This document shows positions 26,904-42,204 of a stretch of DNA of 64,000 nucleotides, in pieces. The DNA comes from Eledone cirrhosa. Lineage: Eukaryota. The stretch covers positions 69,936,001 through 70,000,000 of the forward strand of contig OZ024747.1 in assembly GCA_964016885.1 (NCBI GenBank). The letters are read 5' to 3'. Both the position numbers and the translations under genes were made by a program. Positions within the stretch are counted from its first letter, which is position 1. Each line of letters starts with the position of its first letter. The notes below the pieces were generated by a model that searched no databases, had not been told where the DNA came from, and saw only the letters and a list, made by a program, of their open reading frames with translations.

Positions 26904-27080
26904 ATTATTTAATTTAAGGAACTGTTTCTTTGTTTTTTTTCATTATTTTTATTAATTCATCTTGACTCTGTTTTCCTGTGTTTTTCATCGAAAAGATTTT
27001 GAATACATCTTCTCTTTTCATGATATTTGGATTACATCGAGTTCTTCATACAGATTGGACACTACCGTACATTTTGGTAG

Positions 27081-27130
<50 letters not shown>

Positions 27131-27135
<5 letters not shown>

Positions 27136-28035
27136 AACGAGTAGGACCCCGACGGCTGAGCTCAAGCCGTTTCGACGGCTAATTCTGGACTAAATGAACA
27201 TTTTTATCCTGGTATTTGAATAGCCGAGCTTCTCAAGGGGTAATTCCATATATGGTCAAAGTGATTGTCAAGGCAAGCAACCACCCAGTGCAAAAAAGTA
27301 AACTAATACGAAATGCTTGCCTTGTGCCTGGGGTAGAAACCGTTAGTTATTATTTCGTGGTAGTTTCTTTAGTATTTTGGCCCCTCACTTGTTGACCCGT
27401 CACCGTAAGATATACTCGGTTTATTACTTATACCTCTTAAAAGGGTCTCATTATAATCCCGTCACACCTAGTATATTTTTTTAGCCCAGCAGTACCAGTG
27501 AGAGACTTAAGTCGTAGAAACCAGAAATTGTTTTTTTTTTTGTTTTTTTTTACATTTAATTGCCTTTTAACACTCTCAGTATTTTTCTATATATTTACCC
27601 CTTATTGTTCTACTTATTGTTTCGACTTCCTCCCCCTCCCTAGTATCTTCTTTGACCTCATGCCCAGCTGTAGTCGGCACTATCAACGCATGAATGGGTC
27701 TCCTCCACCCCCTCTCACTCTTTCTCCTACTGGCAGGTTTAGCTACCCCTTCCCTCCACAAATTGCCATCATAGAATTATTATGTCTCAACAACAAACTT
27801 TTGACCAATCCTTGTGACAATCACTTTGACCATATATGGAATTACCCCTTGACAAGCTCGGTTATTCAAATAGCAGGATAAAAAATGTTCATTTAGTCCA
27901 GAATTAGCCGTCAAAACGGCTTGAGCTCAGCCGTCGGGGTCCTAGTCGTTCCTATTACCCACTCTACTACCCAAAGTATTGAGTACTTTGGTGTGTTATG
28001 GTCCACCTGGTTCCTTACCACATTTCCTCCGTTAT
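27131..28035. mobile_element. Inverted-repeat element with U3-A8 variant HHRs (minus 27146-27241; plus 27844-27940)
   Basis: ACCCC TTGAGAA GCTCGGCTA..TAGCCGTC GAAA CGGCT-TGAGCTC-AGCCG TC GGGGT; arms about 27131-27272 and 27810-27955; plus copy has GAAA>AAAA. Confidence 0.78.
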
Positions 28036-28064
28036 ATATATATATATATATATATATATGGAAT

Positions 28065-28405
28065 ATGGAGGCACATGGCTTAGTTGTTAGAGCATTGGCC
28101 TTGCAATCGAAAGGTTGTGAGTTCAACTCATCACATATATATAGATGTGTTGTTTCCTTGAGCAAGACACTTTATTTCACATTGCTCCAGTTTACTCAGC
28201 TGTAGAAATGAGATGTTAGGGACCCAGTCCACTGCAAAGTGGTCGTGGAGGTGCTACGGCAAAAAAAGCACGCAGCAGTCACTGTAAATGAGGTTGGTGT
28301 TAGGAAGGGTATCCAGCTGTAGAAATCAAGCCAGAAACGGCTCCCGTCCCACCCTTGCAAGCAAGGAAAAGCAGACGTAAAGTGAAATGAAAATGAATGA
28401 AATGA
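28065..28405 (+). mobile_element. SINE family B (tRNA head, CORE-like domain, RTE tail)
   Basis: Homologous to 42245-42598. Confidence 0.8.
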
Positions 28406-29290
28406 TATATATAATATATATATAATATATATATATATATAATGTATATAATATATATATAATATATATATATATAATATATATATATATATAATATATA
28501 TATATTATATATATATATACGCACACACACACACATATATATATTTATTTATTTATCTATTTATTTATATACATGTATGTATAACTGCTTGCATCAATTA
28601 ATTCAAAGTTGATTTTACTCATGGGAGTGCTTATGTGTTCCACTAGCCCAATACACCTTTCTCTATCTTCATCTCTCTTTTACAGGGATGAATCAATGAG
28701 TGTATGAGTGGGTGAATGTGTGACTGTGTGAATATGTGTATGTGTGTGAGTGAGTGAATGTGTGAGTGAGTGCGAGTGTGTGAATGTGTGGGTGTGTGCA
28801 TGAGTGAATGTGTGAGTGTGTGCGAGTGTGTGAATATGTGAGTGTGTGAATGTGTGAGTGTGTGAGTGAGTGAATGTGTGAACGTGTGAGTGAGTGCGAG
28901 AATGTGAGTGAATGTGTGAGTGAGTGCGAGAATGTGTGTGAAGCTAGTGTTGCAGTCTTCTCACCTCACAGCAGTATGACATAAGTAGGAAAAGCAATGT
29001 CTATTATCACATTGCTATCTACAACAATACTTCTGATCAGTAATCAGCAATTTTGTTGTGGCTGTTGTTGTGTCTTTATACCAGAGACCTTGCTTTGAAT
29101 AATTCTTTTTATGAGGGAGCAGGGGGGGGGGGTATTATATTCTTCTTCTTCTTCCATGTCCTCATCTGCCCTTACTGCTGCTATAGTTCCTCTTCCCCCT
29201 CCTCCTGCTCCTCCTCATCCTCATTGCCGCCACAACCACTCCCGCCACCATATTCATCTTCATCATCATCATAATCACCATCACCATCAT

Positions 29291-29328
<38 letters not shown>

Positions 29329-29852
29329 TTTGCTTTCCAGCTATTTTCCCATGGAAAGAATATACTCAATTCAAAATAATAACAATAATAATTATTTCTA
29401 CTTTTGACACAAGGCCAACAATTACCTCAGTACATTACTGGTACTTTATTTTATCGACCCCGTAAGGATGAAAGGCAAAGTTAACCTCGACGGGATTTGA
29501 ACTCAGAATAATAACAATAATAATATCACAATAAATGCTATAGTACTACGATGTGTTTCACCTTGTTACATTTGGCAATGGATATACATGACAAACTGGT
29601 ATGTGTCTTTGTATATATATATATGTGTGTGTGGGGGGGGGGTATGTGTGTATGTGCATATATATATGGTTATACACACACACACACACACACATATATT
29701 ATATATATATAATGTGAAGTTGCATGGCATTTTGGTTAAGTTGTTGAACTTATGATCATCATATCATAGGTTTAATTTTATATCTAGATGGTGCGTTTTG
29801 AGCTTGGGCAAAAGGTTTCATTTCATGTGGCTTTACTCCCCTCAGCTGAAAA

Positions 29853-31110
29853 TGAATACCATCAGTATGAAGATGTTAGAGAAGAGAGCAGTAGATGTGT
29901 GTTGTGTGCAAGAAGTGAAGTGGAGTGGGGTTCAACCAGATTCCTTACAGGCAGAGAACTCCAGGACAATTCTTCTCTGTGGGTAGCAGAAATAGGTTGG
30001 GTGGAGAGGGTCGATCCCCTCTAAGGGATGGGTAAACCAGGTAATTAAGGTAGTCAGAGTGAATGATAGAATGATTAAACTTGACCTAGCCTTGGTCCAT
30101 ACTATAGCCACTCTACTATCAGCATACCCACCACAGGCTGGAGATATAAACAAACAAATAGACCATTACTATGACCCTTCATACAGACTGCCTCAATGAG
30201 AGGTGACTGTGATCTTATGATCGCAGCTGGTGACTTCAATGGGTGTGTTGGGGAATAGTATGACAGACTCTGACATACATGGAGGCTATGGGTATGGCAC
30301 AAGACACAATGAAGGGACTAGCCTTCTGGAGTTCTGTGATGCTTTGGACTTAATGATCTCTATCACAAACCACAAGAAACCAGCCAGCCAGCCACCTGAT
30401 TACCTACCAAACAGAGGAACATACAAGCCAAATAGACTTCATCCTCCCCAGGAAACAGGTCAAACAAATGGTTGTAAATACCAAGTCCTTCCCTAGAGAG
30501 GAATGTACTTTCAAACATAGATTAGTTGTCAGTGAGATTAGAGTAAGGACTAGGTGGACTGAGAGACAAAAGCCAGTCTGGAGAAAGATGACATGGAAGC
30601 TGAGAGAACCTTCTGTGGATACAAATTTAGAGAAATCCTTCTTGATGTCTATTGCAGTAAAGAAGAGGAGCTAGAGACATATAACATAAAGAAAAATTGG
30701 AATGTTCTACGGGACAACCTGCTAAAAGCCCTGAGCCAGATCTGCAGCTGGAGCAAGGTTTTACCAAGTTGGAGAATGGTAGAATGTCAAGGTAGAAAGA
30801 GCCATTAAAATGGAGGAACAGAAGAGAGAGAAAGCAATACCAGATAGCTAAAAAAGAGGTGAGGCACCAAGTATATCTAGTGAGAGGAGAGCCAGAAAAG
30901 ATGATGTTTGATCATGTTCTGTCTCATGAAGATCATAGACGTGAAGTGCTCAGGATTGCAAGACAGTAAGCTAGAGAAAATCATGATATGGTTGGAGGAA
31001 AGTGTGCGTCGAAAATGATAGTGGAGCACTTGACCTATCAGATGCCGAAAAGAAGGAGGCATGGAAGACATATTATGAGAGGCTGCTGAATGAGGAAAAT
31101 GAATGGGGGC
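29853..31110 (+). mobile_element. RTE LINE endonuclease and linker region, frameshifted
   Basis: MLEKRAVDVCCVQEVKW, AAGDFNG, HGGYGYGTRHNEGTSLLEFCD, QIDFIL, KHRLVV and WKTYYERLLNEENEW spread across frames. Confidence 0.85.
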
Positions 31111-31799
31111 TGTGAGGGCCTATCTCATGTCAATCAGCCTTCAATCCACACCTGTTTATCATTGTGCTTCAGGCCATCCACTGAGAGAGTAGTGTCTACA
31201 CCAAACTAATCATCCAGTAAAAAAAGGAGAAGCAATTTTATAAAAACCTCGTGGTTTAGCTTCAAATATATTCATTCCAATGCTAAAAGCTATAAACAAG
31301 GAAGCTAGAAATAGTTCACAAGATCATCAAAAATGAGTGACTAAACCAAAATTAATTTAACTAGTTAACTAAAAGGGAATAGCAACATTATAAAAATATA
31401 TTAAAATAAAATTATTTCAATTGTATTATACACATACATTGTATTATACACACAACACACTTATGTATATATATATATAGATATTTATATCTATATATAT
31501 ATATAGGAAAATATCAGACCTCGACGGCAGAGCTCAAGCCGTTTCGACGGCTATTTCTGGACGTTATGGTCCATCTGGTTCCTTACCACACCTCCTTTGT
31601 TATATATATATATATATATACATATATATATAGTGACGAAACATAAGTCAATTGCATGAACTCATAATCCTTTATTTACTGCTATATATATTTCGATGAT
31701 AGCCATTGAATGGCTATGACCTCATCAGGCGGCAGTTAGTCAGTTCTTAGATATGCCAGCTCTGTGTTTATAGTGTTGATGGTATCAGAGCCTTGGGAC

Positions 31800-31834
<35 letters not shown>

Positions 31835-31837
31835 ATT

Positions 31838-32460
31838 CCGACCTCACACACTTACACCTCTCCAAGACAATGTCACTGGACCGAGATCTTTGGCGCTACA
31901 CAGTAATACAGAAGACCCGCCTTACCTAAGTACAAAGTGAAACCTACAGTCAGTAGGCACCTCTAACAAAAATACACCCCGTCACACTACCCCCACCCCA
32001 TCCACACCACCCCTTTCAATGTAAAGTTATTTTGGTACCACAACATCCAGTCCGAAACAAATGAGTTTGTGTAGGTGTCACGACAAAAAAAAAACACACA
32101 GTCCACGCTGTCATGTGGCCATGTAGGTAACACGGTAAAAACCTTCCAGTCCAAACTGTAAACGTGGTTGGTGTTGGGAAGGGCACCCAGCCGTAGAAAA
32201 CCCGCCAGACGTGTAGGTGTCACGATAAAAAAACACACAGTCCACGCTGTAATGTGGCCGTGTAGGTAACACGGTAAAAACCTCCCAGTCCACACTGTAA
32301 ACGTGGTTGGTGTTAGGAAGGGCATCCAGCCGTAGAATACCCGCCAGATAGTGTTATGCGAGCAAGACAGCCACTCTTGCCTCAAGTGGGAAAACTCCCG
32401 TCCAAACCCATGCAAGTGTGGAAGATGGACGTTAAATGATGATGATGATGATGATGATGA
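31838..32460 (+). mobile_element. RTE LINE 3' end with tandemly duplicated UTR modules and (ATG)n tail
   Basis: DLTHLHLSKTMSLDRDLWRYTVIQKT then a duplicated ~120-bp module containing GGAAGGGCATCCAGCCGTAGAA; related UTR pieces at 17395-17760 and 47230-47445. Confidence 0.75.
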
Positions 32461-33534
32461 TATATATATATAGTAAAGTTGCACTGGATAAAAAATGAAG
32501 GACTTCAGAGGAATGAAAAAAAAAACATCTATCTTCTTTGGTGCCCACCCACTGGGTAATGGAATTTCATACATTAGGGGAGAATTACATAATACTGAGC
32601 CCAGGTTACATGATAGCTTCAACAAACTGCCAAAGAGATGCATATGAGACACATCAACATAAAGACAGAGTAAATAATTGTTTCTATTTTAGGCACAAGG
32701 CCAGCAATTACCCAGTTCATTACTGGTACTTTATTTTATCGACCCCGTAAGGATGAAAGGCAAAGTCAACCTCGGCTGGATTTTGAACTCAGATCGTAAA
32801 GGGACGTAACTATGCTGGAAAACATGGCGTCCGACCCTCCACCGATACTGCCAATCCACAGAGTAAATAATGAAATGTCCTCTGACTTGGACAGTAAAGC
32901 AAGTATATAAACACATAGGTCTTAAGATCTGGGGGCTGGAAATAGGACAGGATATGATGTACGCAGGTCATGTAAGTATTAAGGAAGGAAATATAAAAAG
33001 ATTTTCATCAAAGACTTCGAAGCCCAGGTACTGAAAGAAAGAAGAACCAGAAATTGGGGACCAGAAGCTAAGTAAGTTGAGTGGAGAGAAGGGAGAGAGA
33101 GAGAGAGAAAGAAGTGAAACAGGGCCACAGCAAGAGGGAGAGAGAGAGAGAGAGGTGAGCAAGGTGGAGAACGAGGGGGAGGGAGAGAGAGAAAGAGACA
33201 TACTGAACTGATAAGTAAACAGGTAGTTAATGAAAGGTGTGTGTAGCACTACAGTCGTAATAAATAGGAAAATTTCACACAATAAAGAATGAAATACAGG
33301 GATTAGAGGACAACAGCATCCCAGGTCAACATAATTTCATGTATAAGGGTGTTATTGTATAATAGTAAGCCCAGATGGCTGATGAAAACATGTGTATGTG
33401 TGTGTATTTTAGTCTTCACATTTATTATCACTATATATATATATATAGTGATAATAAATGTGATATATATATATATATATATAGTAATAATAAATGTAAA
33501 GACTAAAATACGAAGAGGGCTCGATAAGGATGAA

Positions 33535-33565
<31 letters not shown>

Positions 33566-33654
33566 AAGGTTATATTTAATTGTTATCCAGCGAACTTCCA
33601 ACCATCAAGGTTGTTCTTCAGTGGGTATGTCAACATTTATAAAACAAATTTTGT

Positions 33655-33718
33655 ATTTTATCTGATGAAAGCGCACCAAAATTTGCCTTAGTTGCCCTTG
33701 AAATATATATAATAAAAT
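33655..33718 (+). ncRNA. Type I HHR with partly decayed stem II
   Basis: ATTTTAT CTGATGA AAGCGCA..TGCCCTT GAAA TATATA TA ATAAAAT. Confidence 0.65.
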
Positions 33719-33759
33719 AATTATGGTTTTATAAAATATAGTTTCCATTTATTAATATA

Positions 33760-33802
<43 letters not shown>

Positions 33803-34423
33803 AGTGTGTATTTTTCTGTATATGTATGTGTTTGGATTTATATACATTCAGCTATATATATATATATATATATGTACATATCATTTGTATGTTTTTAATC
33901 CTGCAGGTCTCTTTTCAAATTGATATATATATATATAGTACATATATGTATATTACATGTGTGTTTATATAAGAGGAAATGAGAGATATGTAAATATAGT
34001 AATATGTTTATATACTTAGATGGGCAGGTTAATTGATAATTATATAATAGATAGATGCAAAATATGCAGATATGTGTATATATGAATATATATTTCTCTA
34101 TTGCTATTTATGAAATTAATTTTTAATAATCATAAAAATATAGCAAATATATGCATGTATGAATAGATGATGATGATGATGATGATGATGATAATGACGA
34201 CGATCATGACGATATGTATATATGTGAGTATGTTTGTGTGTGCGCTATAATCAAATAGTATATGAACTACTACCTATACATACACACAGACACACTATGT
34301 AAGAATACATGAATATTTATAATCACATATTTGAGTATATACTTGTGACATTATGGATTTTCATTGTGATGAAGTACGTTTATGCTGCCTTGTGTCAGTT
34401 TGGCTCTAATATATGTGTGTGAA

Positions 34424-34458
<35 letters not shown>

Positions 34459-34841
34459 TTCTATATATAATAAAACTATAAGCGTGTGGGTGTGTATATA
34501 TGCCTGTGTTTCTCTGTATGTATGTGTGTGTTTCTGTGTATGTATATGTGTTTATGTACATATATATATATAGATCAGGATTATACTAGTTTTAAACTAG
34601 TAAGACCATTATTGAGCACAGTACTCAATAGTTGGGATAGTAGAGTGTAAATATATATATTTACTATATACATATTCACATTCTGAGGCAATTTTGGCTT
34701 GTAAATATTTTTGTATTATAACCCAACATTACAACAGGTAGTAAGGGCACTAAACTCATGATATACAGAATGATGTGGTAGCTAAGAACAATCAAACTTT
34801 ATACTCAATATATATATATGTATATGTTTGTATATATATAT

Positions 34842-35177
34842 GTGGTTAGAGCATTGGCCTTGCAATCGAAAGGTTGTGAGTTCAATTCTCAGACCGGGTG
34901 ATGTGTTGTTTCCTTGAGCAAGACACTTTATTTCACATTGCTCCAGTTTACTCAGCTGTAGAAATGAGATGATAGGACTGGGGTCCCTCTCATTCCACTG
35001 CAAAGTGGTCGTGGAGGTGCCACGGCAAAAAAGCCCCCAGCACTCACTGTAAATGAGGTTGGTGTTAGGAAGGGCATCCAGCTGTAGAAATCAAGCCAGA
35101 ATCAGTTCCGGTCCCACCCTTGCAAGCAGGGAAAAAGTGGGCGTAAAATGAAATGATGAAATGATGATGATGATGAT
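34842..35177 (+). mobile_element. SINE family B
   Basis: Near-identical to 42245-42598, slightly 5'-truncated. Confidence 0.85.
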
Positions 35178-35363
35178 ATATATAAAAATATATATATATA
35201 TAAATATATATAGATATAGATATATATATGTATGTATATATGTATATAAATATGTATTATATGTTTGTATATATGTATATATATATATATATGTATGTAT
35301 ATATGTATATAAATATGTATATATATATGTTTGTATATATGTATATATATATATATATATATA

Positions 35364-38300
35364 TACATTTAGAAACACACAGATACATGCGGACACACAC
35401 ATATATACATGAATGCATCCGCACCCAACTGTGAGTTAAGGGTGCCAACTTCACCGATGTTGCTCAATGAATGACTGGGACAGACCAATTCAGTTTGAAC
35501 CAGACTGAACCAGTATCAGAGTTAAAAATACATTATGAAGAGAGAAGAAACATTTAGATATAATTAGTAATAAAATGTATCATACCCAAACTGTTCCTAA
35601 ATTCCTCGACTACGTAGTTTCGTGGCATAAACAAAAACAATATATCAAAGATATAGAGTCCTTGCGAGGTCTGCCGACTTATCAAGAGGATACCTCATTT
35701 TACTAGTCTCAAGAACGCGTCTACACGACGTGAGAAAGAATCCCAAAAGGCGGAGGGGGAGATAGTCACGCGATATAACGGTCGAGAAACAGAGCTAAGC
35801 CTCTTATAACCACGAAAAAAATACCACGGAGGCGGAGGGGGTATTCATATCGAGGCCGTAGAAGAGGTAGTGAAGAAGGCGAGAAGTATGAGTAATGGAA
35901 GCTTTCCAGTTGTCCCCACACTTCAAAGATTGCTCGACCAGAGGGAGTTATTAATACATTTAGAAACACACAGATACATGCGGACACACACATATATACA
36001 TGAATGCATCCGCACCCAACTGTGAGTTAAGGGTGCCAACTTCACCGATGTTGCTCAATGAATGACTGGGACAGACCAATTCAGTTTGAACCAGACTGAA
36101 CCAGTATCAGAGTTAAAAATACATTATGAAGAGAGAAGAAACATTTAGATATAATTAGTAATAAAATGTATCATACCCAAACTGTTCCTAAATTCCTCGA
36201 CTACGTAGTTTCGTGGCATAAACAAAAACAATATATCAAAGATATAGAGTCCTTGCGAGGTCTGCCGACTTATCAAGAGGATACCTCATTTTACTAGTCT
36301 CAAGAACGCGTCTACACGACGTGAGAAAGAATCCCAAAAGGCGGAGGGGGAGATAGTCACGCGATATAACGGTCGAGAAACAGAGCTAAGCCTCTTATAA
36401 CCACGGAAAAAATACCACGGAGGCGGAGGGGGTATTCATATCGAGGCCGTAGAAGAGGTAGTGAAGAAGGCGAGAAGTATGAGTAATGGAAGCTTTCCAG
36501 TTGTCCCCACACTTCAAAGATTGCTCGACCAGAGGGAGTTATTAATACATTTAGAAACACACAGATACATGCGGACACACACATATATACATGAATGCAT
36601 CCGCACCCAACTGTGAGTTAAGGGTGCCAACTTCACCGATGTTGCTCAATGAATGACTGGGACAGACCAATTCAGTTTGAACCAGACTGAACCAGTATCA
36701 GAGTTAAAAATACATTATGAAGAGAGAAGAAACATTTAGATATAATTAGTAATAAAATGTATCATACCCAAACTGTTCCTAAATTCCTCGACTACGTAGT
36801 TTCGTGGCATAAACAAAAACAATATATCAAAGATATAGAGTCCTTGCGAGGTCTGCCGACTTATCAAGAGGATACCTCATTTTACTAGTCTCAAGAACGC
36901 GTCTACACGACGTGAGAAAGAATCCCAAAAGGCGGAGGGGGAGATAGTCACGCGATATAACGGTCGAGAAACAGAGCTAAGCCTCTTATAACCACGAAAA
37001 AAATACCACGGAGGCGGAGGGGGTATTCATATCGAGGCCGTAGAAGAGGTAGTGAAGAAGGCGAGAAGTATGAGTAATGGAAGCTTTCCAGTTGTCCCCA
37101 CACTTCAAAGATTGCTCGACCAGAGGGAGTTATTAATACATTTAGAAACACACAGATACATGCGGACACACACATATATACATGAATGCATCCGCACCCA
37201 ACTGTGAGTTAAGGGTGCCAACTTCACCGATGTTGCTCAATGAATGACTGGGACAGACCAATTCAGTTTGAACCAGACTGAACCAGTATCAGAGTTAAAA
37301 ATACATTATGAAGAGAGAAGAAACATTTAGATATAATTAGTAATAAAATGTATCATACCCAAACTGTTCCTAAATTCCTCGACTACGTAGTTTCGTGGCA
37401 TAAACAAAAACAATATATCAAAGATATAGAGTCCTTGCGAGGTCTGCCGACTTATCAAGAGGATACCTCATTTTACTAGTCTCAAGAACGCGTCTACACG
37501 ACGTGAGAAAGAATCCCAAAAGGCGGAGGGGGAGATAGTCACGCGATATAACGGTCGAGAAACAGAGCTAAGCCTCTTATAACCACGAAAAAAATACCAC
37601 GGAGGCGGAGGGGGTATTCATATCGAGGCCGTAGAAGAGGTAGTGAAGAAGGCGAGAAGTATGAGTAATGGAAGCTTTCCAGTTGTCCCCACACTTCAAA
37701 GATTGCTCGACCAGAGGGAGTTATTAATACATTTAGAAACACACAGATACATGCGGACACACACATATATACATGAATGCATCCGCACCCAACTGTGAGT
37801 TAAGGGTGCCAACTTCACCGATGTTGCTCAATGAATGACTGGGACAGACCAATTCAGTTTGAACCAGACTGAACCAGTATCAGAGTTAAAAATACATTAT
37901 GAAGAGAGAAGAAACATTTAGATATAATTAGTAATAAAATGTATCATACCCAAACTGTTCCTAAATTCCTCGACTACGTAGTTTCGTGGCATAAACAAAA
38001 ACAATATATCAAAGATATAGAGTCCTTGCGAGGTCTGCCGACTTATCAAGAGGATACCTCATTTTACTAGTCTCAAGAACGCGTCTACACGACGTGAGAA
38101 AGAATCCCAAAAGGCGGAGGGGGAGATAGTCACGCGATATAACGGTCGAGAAACAGAGCTAAGCCTCTTATAACCACGAAAAAAATACCACGGAGGCGGA
38201 GGGGGTATTCATATCGAGGCCGTAGAAGAGGTAGTGAAGAAGGCGAGAAGTATGAGTAATGGAAGCTTTCCAGTTGTCCCCACACTTCAAAGATTGCTCG

Positions 38301-41300
38301 ACCAGAGGGAGTTATTAATACATTTAGAAACACACAGATACATGCGGACACACACATATATACATGAATGCATCCGCACCCAACTGTGAGTTAAGGGTGC
38401 CAACTTCACCGATGTTGCTCAATGAATGACTGGGACAGACCAATTCAGTTTGAACCAGACTGAACCAGTATCAGAGTTAAAAATACATTATGAAGAGAGA
38501 AGAAACATTTAGATATAATTAGTAATAAAATGTATCATACCCAAACTGTTCCTAAATTCCTCGACTACGTAGTTTCGTGGCATAAACAAAAACAATATAT
38601 CAAAGATATAGAGTCCTTGCGAGGTCTGCCGACTTATCAAGAGGATACCTCATTTTACTAGTCTCAAGAACGCGTCTACACGACGTGAGAAAGAATCCCA
38701 AAAGGCGGAGGGGGAGATAGTCACGCGATATAACGGTCGAGAAACAGAGCTAAGCCTCTTATAACCACGAAAAAAATACCACGGAGGCGGAGGGGGTATT
38801 CATATCGAGGCCGTAGAAGAGGTAGTGAAGAAGGCGAGAAGTATGAGTAATGGAAGCTTTCCAGTTGTCCCCACACTTCAAAGATTGCTCGACCAGAGGG
38901 AGTTATTAATACATTTAGAAACACACAGATACATGCGGACACACACATATATACATGAATGCATCCGCACCCAACTGTGAGTTAAGGGTGCCAACTTCAC
39001 CGATGTTGCTCAATGAATGACTGGGACAGACCAATTCAGTTTGAACCAGACTGAACCAGTATCAGAGTTAAAAATACATTATGAAGAGAGAAGAAACATT
39101 TAGATATAATTAGTAATAAAATGTATCATACCCAAACTGTTCCTAAATTCCTCGACTACGTAGTTTCGTGGCATAAACAAAAACAATATATCAAAGATAT
39201 AGAGTCCTTGCGAGGTCTGCCGACTTATCAAGAGGATACCTCATTTTACTAGTCTCAAGAACGCGTCTACACGACGTGAGAAAGAATCCCAAAAGGCGGA
39301 GGGGGAGATAGTCACGCGATATAACGGTCGAGAAACAGAGCTAAGCCTCTTATAACCACGAAAAAAATACCACGGAGGCGGAGGGGGTATTCATATCGAG
39401 GCCGTAGAAGAGGTAGTGAAGAAGGCGAGAAGTATGAGTAATGGAAGCTTTCCAGTTGTCCCCACACTTCAAAGATTGCTCGACCAGAGGGAGTTATTAA
39501 TACATTTAGAAACACACAGATACATGCGGACACACACATATATACATGAATGCATCCGCACCCAACTGTGAGTTAAGGGTGCCAACTTCACCGATGTTGC
39601 TCAATGAATGACTGGGACAGACCAATTCAGTTTGAACCAGACTGAACCAGTATCAGAGTTAAAAATACATTATGAAGAGAGAAGAAACATTTAGATATAA
39701 TTAGTAATAAAATGTATCATACCCAAACTGTTCCTAAATTCCTCGACTACGTAGTTTCGTGGCATAAACAAAAACAATATATCAAAGATATAGAGTCCTT
39801 GCGAGGTCTGCCGACTTATCAAGAGGATACCTCATTTTACTAGTCTCAAGAACGCGTCTACACGACGTGAGAAAGAATCCCAAAAGGCGGAGGGGGAGAT
39901 AGTCACGCGATATAACGGTCGAGAAACAGAGCTAAGCCTCTTATAACCACGAAAAAAATACCACGGAGGCGGAGGGGGTATTCATATCGAGGCCGTAGAA
40001 GAGGTAGTGAAGAAGGCGAGAAGTATGAGTAATGGAAGCTTTCCAGTTGTCCCCACACTTCAAAGATTGCTCGACCAGAGGGAGTTATTAATACATTTAG
40101 AAACACACAGATACATGCGGACACACACATATATACATGAATGCATCCGCACCCAACTGTGAGTTAAGGGTGCCAACTTCACCGATGTTGCTCAATGAAT
40201 GACTGGGACAGACCAATTCAGTTTGAACCAGACTGAACCAGTATCAGAGTTAAAAATACATTATGAAGAGAGAAGAAACATTTAGATATAATTAGTAATA
40301 AAATGTATCATACCCAAACTGTTCCTAAATTCCTCGACTACGTAGTTTCGTGGCATAAACAAAAACAATATATCAAAGATATAGAGTCCTTGCGAGGTCT
40401 GCCGACTTATCAAGAGGATACCTCATTTTACTAGTCTCAAGAACGCGTCTACACGACGTGAGAAAGAATCCCAAAAGGCGGAGGGGGAGATAGTCACGCG
40501 ATATAACGGTCGAGAAACAGAGCTAAGCCTCTTATAACCACGAAAAAAATACCACGGAGGCGGAGGGGGTGTCCGCATGTATCTGTGTGTTTCTAAATGT
40601 ATTAATAACTCCCTCTGGTCGAGCAATCTTTGAAGTGTGGGGACAACTGGAAAGCTTCCATTACTCATACTTCTCGCCTTCTTCACTACCTCTTCTACGG
40701 CCTCGATATGAATACCCCCTCCGCCTCCGTGGTATTTTTTTCGTGGTTATAAGAGGCTTAGCTCTGTTTCTCGACCGTTATATCGCGTGACTATCTCCCC
40801 CTCCGCCTTTTGGGATTCTTTCTCACGTCGTGTAGACGCGTTCTTGAGACTAGTAAAATGAGGTATCCTCTTGATAAGTCGGCAGACCTCGCAAGGACTC
40901 TATATCTTTGATATATTGTTTTTGTTTATGCCACGAAACTACGTAGTCGAGGAATTTAGGAACAGTTTGGGTATGATACATTTTATTACTAATTATATCT
41001 AAATGTTTCTTCTCTCTTCATAATGTATTTTTAACTCTGATACTGGTTCAGTCTGGTTCAAACTGAATTGGTCTGTCCCAGTCATTCATTGAGCAACATC
41101 GGTGAAGTTGGCACCCTTAACTCACAGTTGGGTGCGGATGCATTCATGTATATATGTGTGTGTCCGCATGTATCTGTGTGTTTCTAAATGTATTAATAAC
41201 TCCCTCTGGTCGAGCAATCTTTGAAGTGTGGGGACAACTGGAAAGCTTCCATTACTCATACTTCTCGCCTTCTTCACTACCTCTTCTACGGCCTCGATAT

Positions 41301-42204
41301 GAATACCCCCTCCGCCTCCGTGGTATTTTTTTCGTGGTTATAAGAGGCTTAGCTCTGTTTCTCGACCGTTATATCGCGTGACTATCTCCCCCTCCGCCAT
41401 TTGGGATTCTTTCTCACGCCGTGTAGACGCGTTCTTGAGACTAGTAAAATGAGGTATCCTCTTGATAAGTCGGCAGACCTCGCAAGGACTCTATATCTTT
41501 GATATATTGTTTTTGTTTATGCCACGAAACTACATAGTCGAGGAATTTAGGAACAGTTTGGGTATGATACATTTTATTACTAATTATATCTAAATGTTTC
41601 TTCTCTCTTCATAATGTATTTTTAACTCTGATACTGGTTCAGTCTGGTTCAAACTGAATTGGTCTGTCCCAGTCATTCATTGAGCAACATCGGTGAAGTT
41701 GGCACCCTTAACTCACAGTTGGGTGCGGATGCATTCATGTATATATGTGTGTGTCCGCATGTATCTGTGTGTTTCTAAATGTATTAATAACTCCCTCTGG
41801 TCGAGCAATCTTTGAAGTGTGGGGACAACTGGAAAGCTTCCATTACTCATACTTCTCGCCTTCTTCACTACCTCTTCTACGGCCTCGATATGAATACCCC
41901 CTCCGCCTCCGTGGTATTTTTTTCGTGGTTATAAGAGGCTTAGCTCTGTTTCTCGACCGTTATATCGCGTGACTATCTCCCCCTCCGCCTTTTGGGATTC
42001 TTTCTCACGTCGTGTAGACGCGTTCTTGAGACTAGTAAAATGAGGTATCCTCTTGATAAGTCGGCAGACCTCGCAAGGACTCTATATCTTTGATATATTG
42101 TTTTTGTTTATGCCACGAAACTACGTAGTCGAGGAATTTAGGAACAGTTTGGGTATGATACATTTTATTACTAATTATATCTAAATGTTTCTTCTCTCTT
42201 CATA

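Noticed and set aside
29111-29369. Acidic low-complexity ORF (TTTT..DDDEDE..EEEL)
   Set aside because: Trinucleotide-rich with stops and frame changes; no domain or clear splice structure.
35766-41972. Repeated 75-aa ORF ([12 protein letters not shown]...) in each 591-nt unit; 591 is divisible by 3
   Set aside because: No recognisable domain; differences from the 20.4-kb copy are mostly non-synonymous; the frame has a stop, so no endless circular translation.
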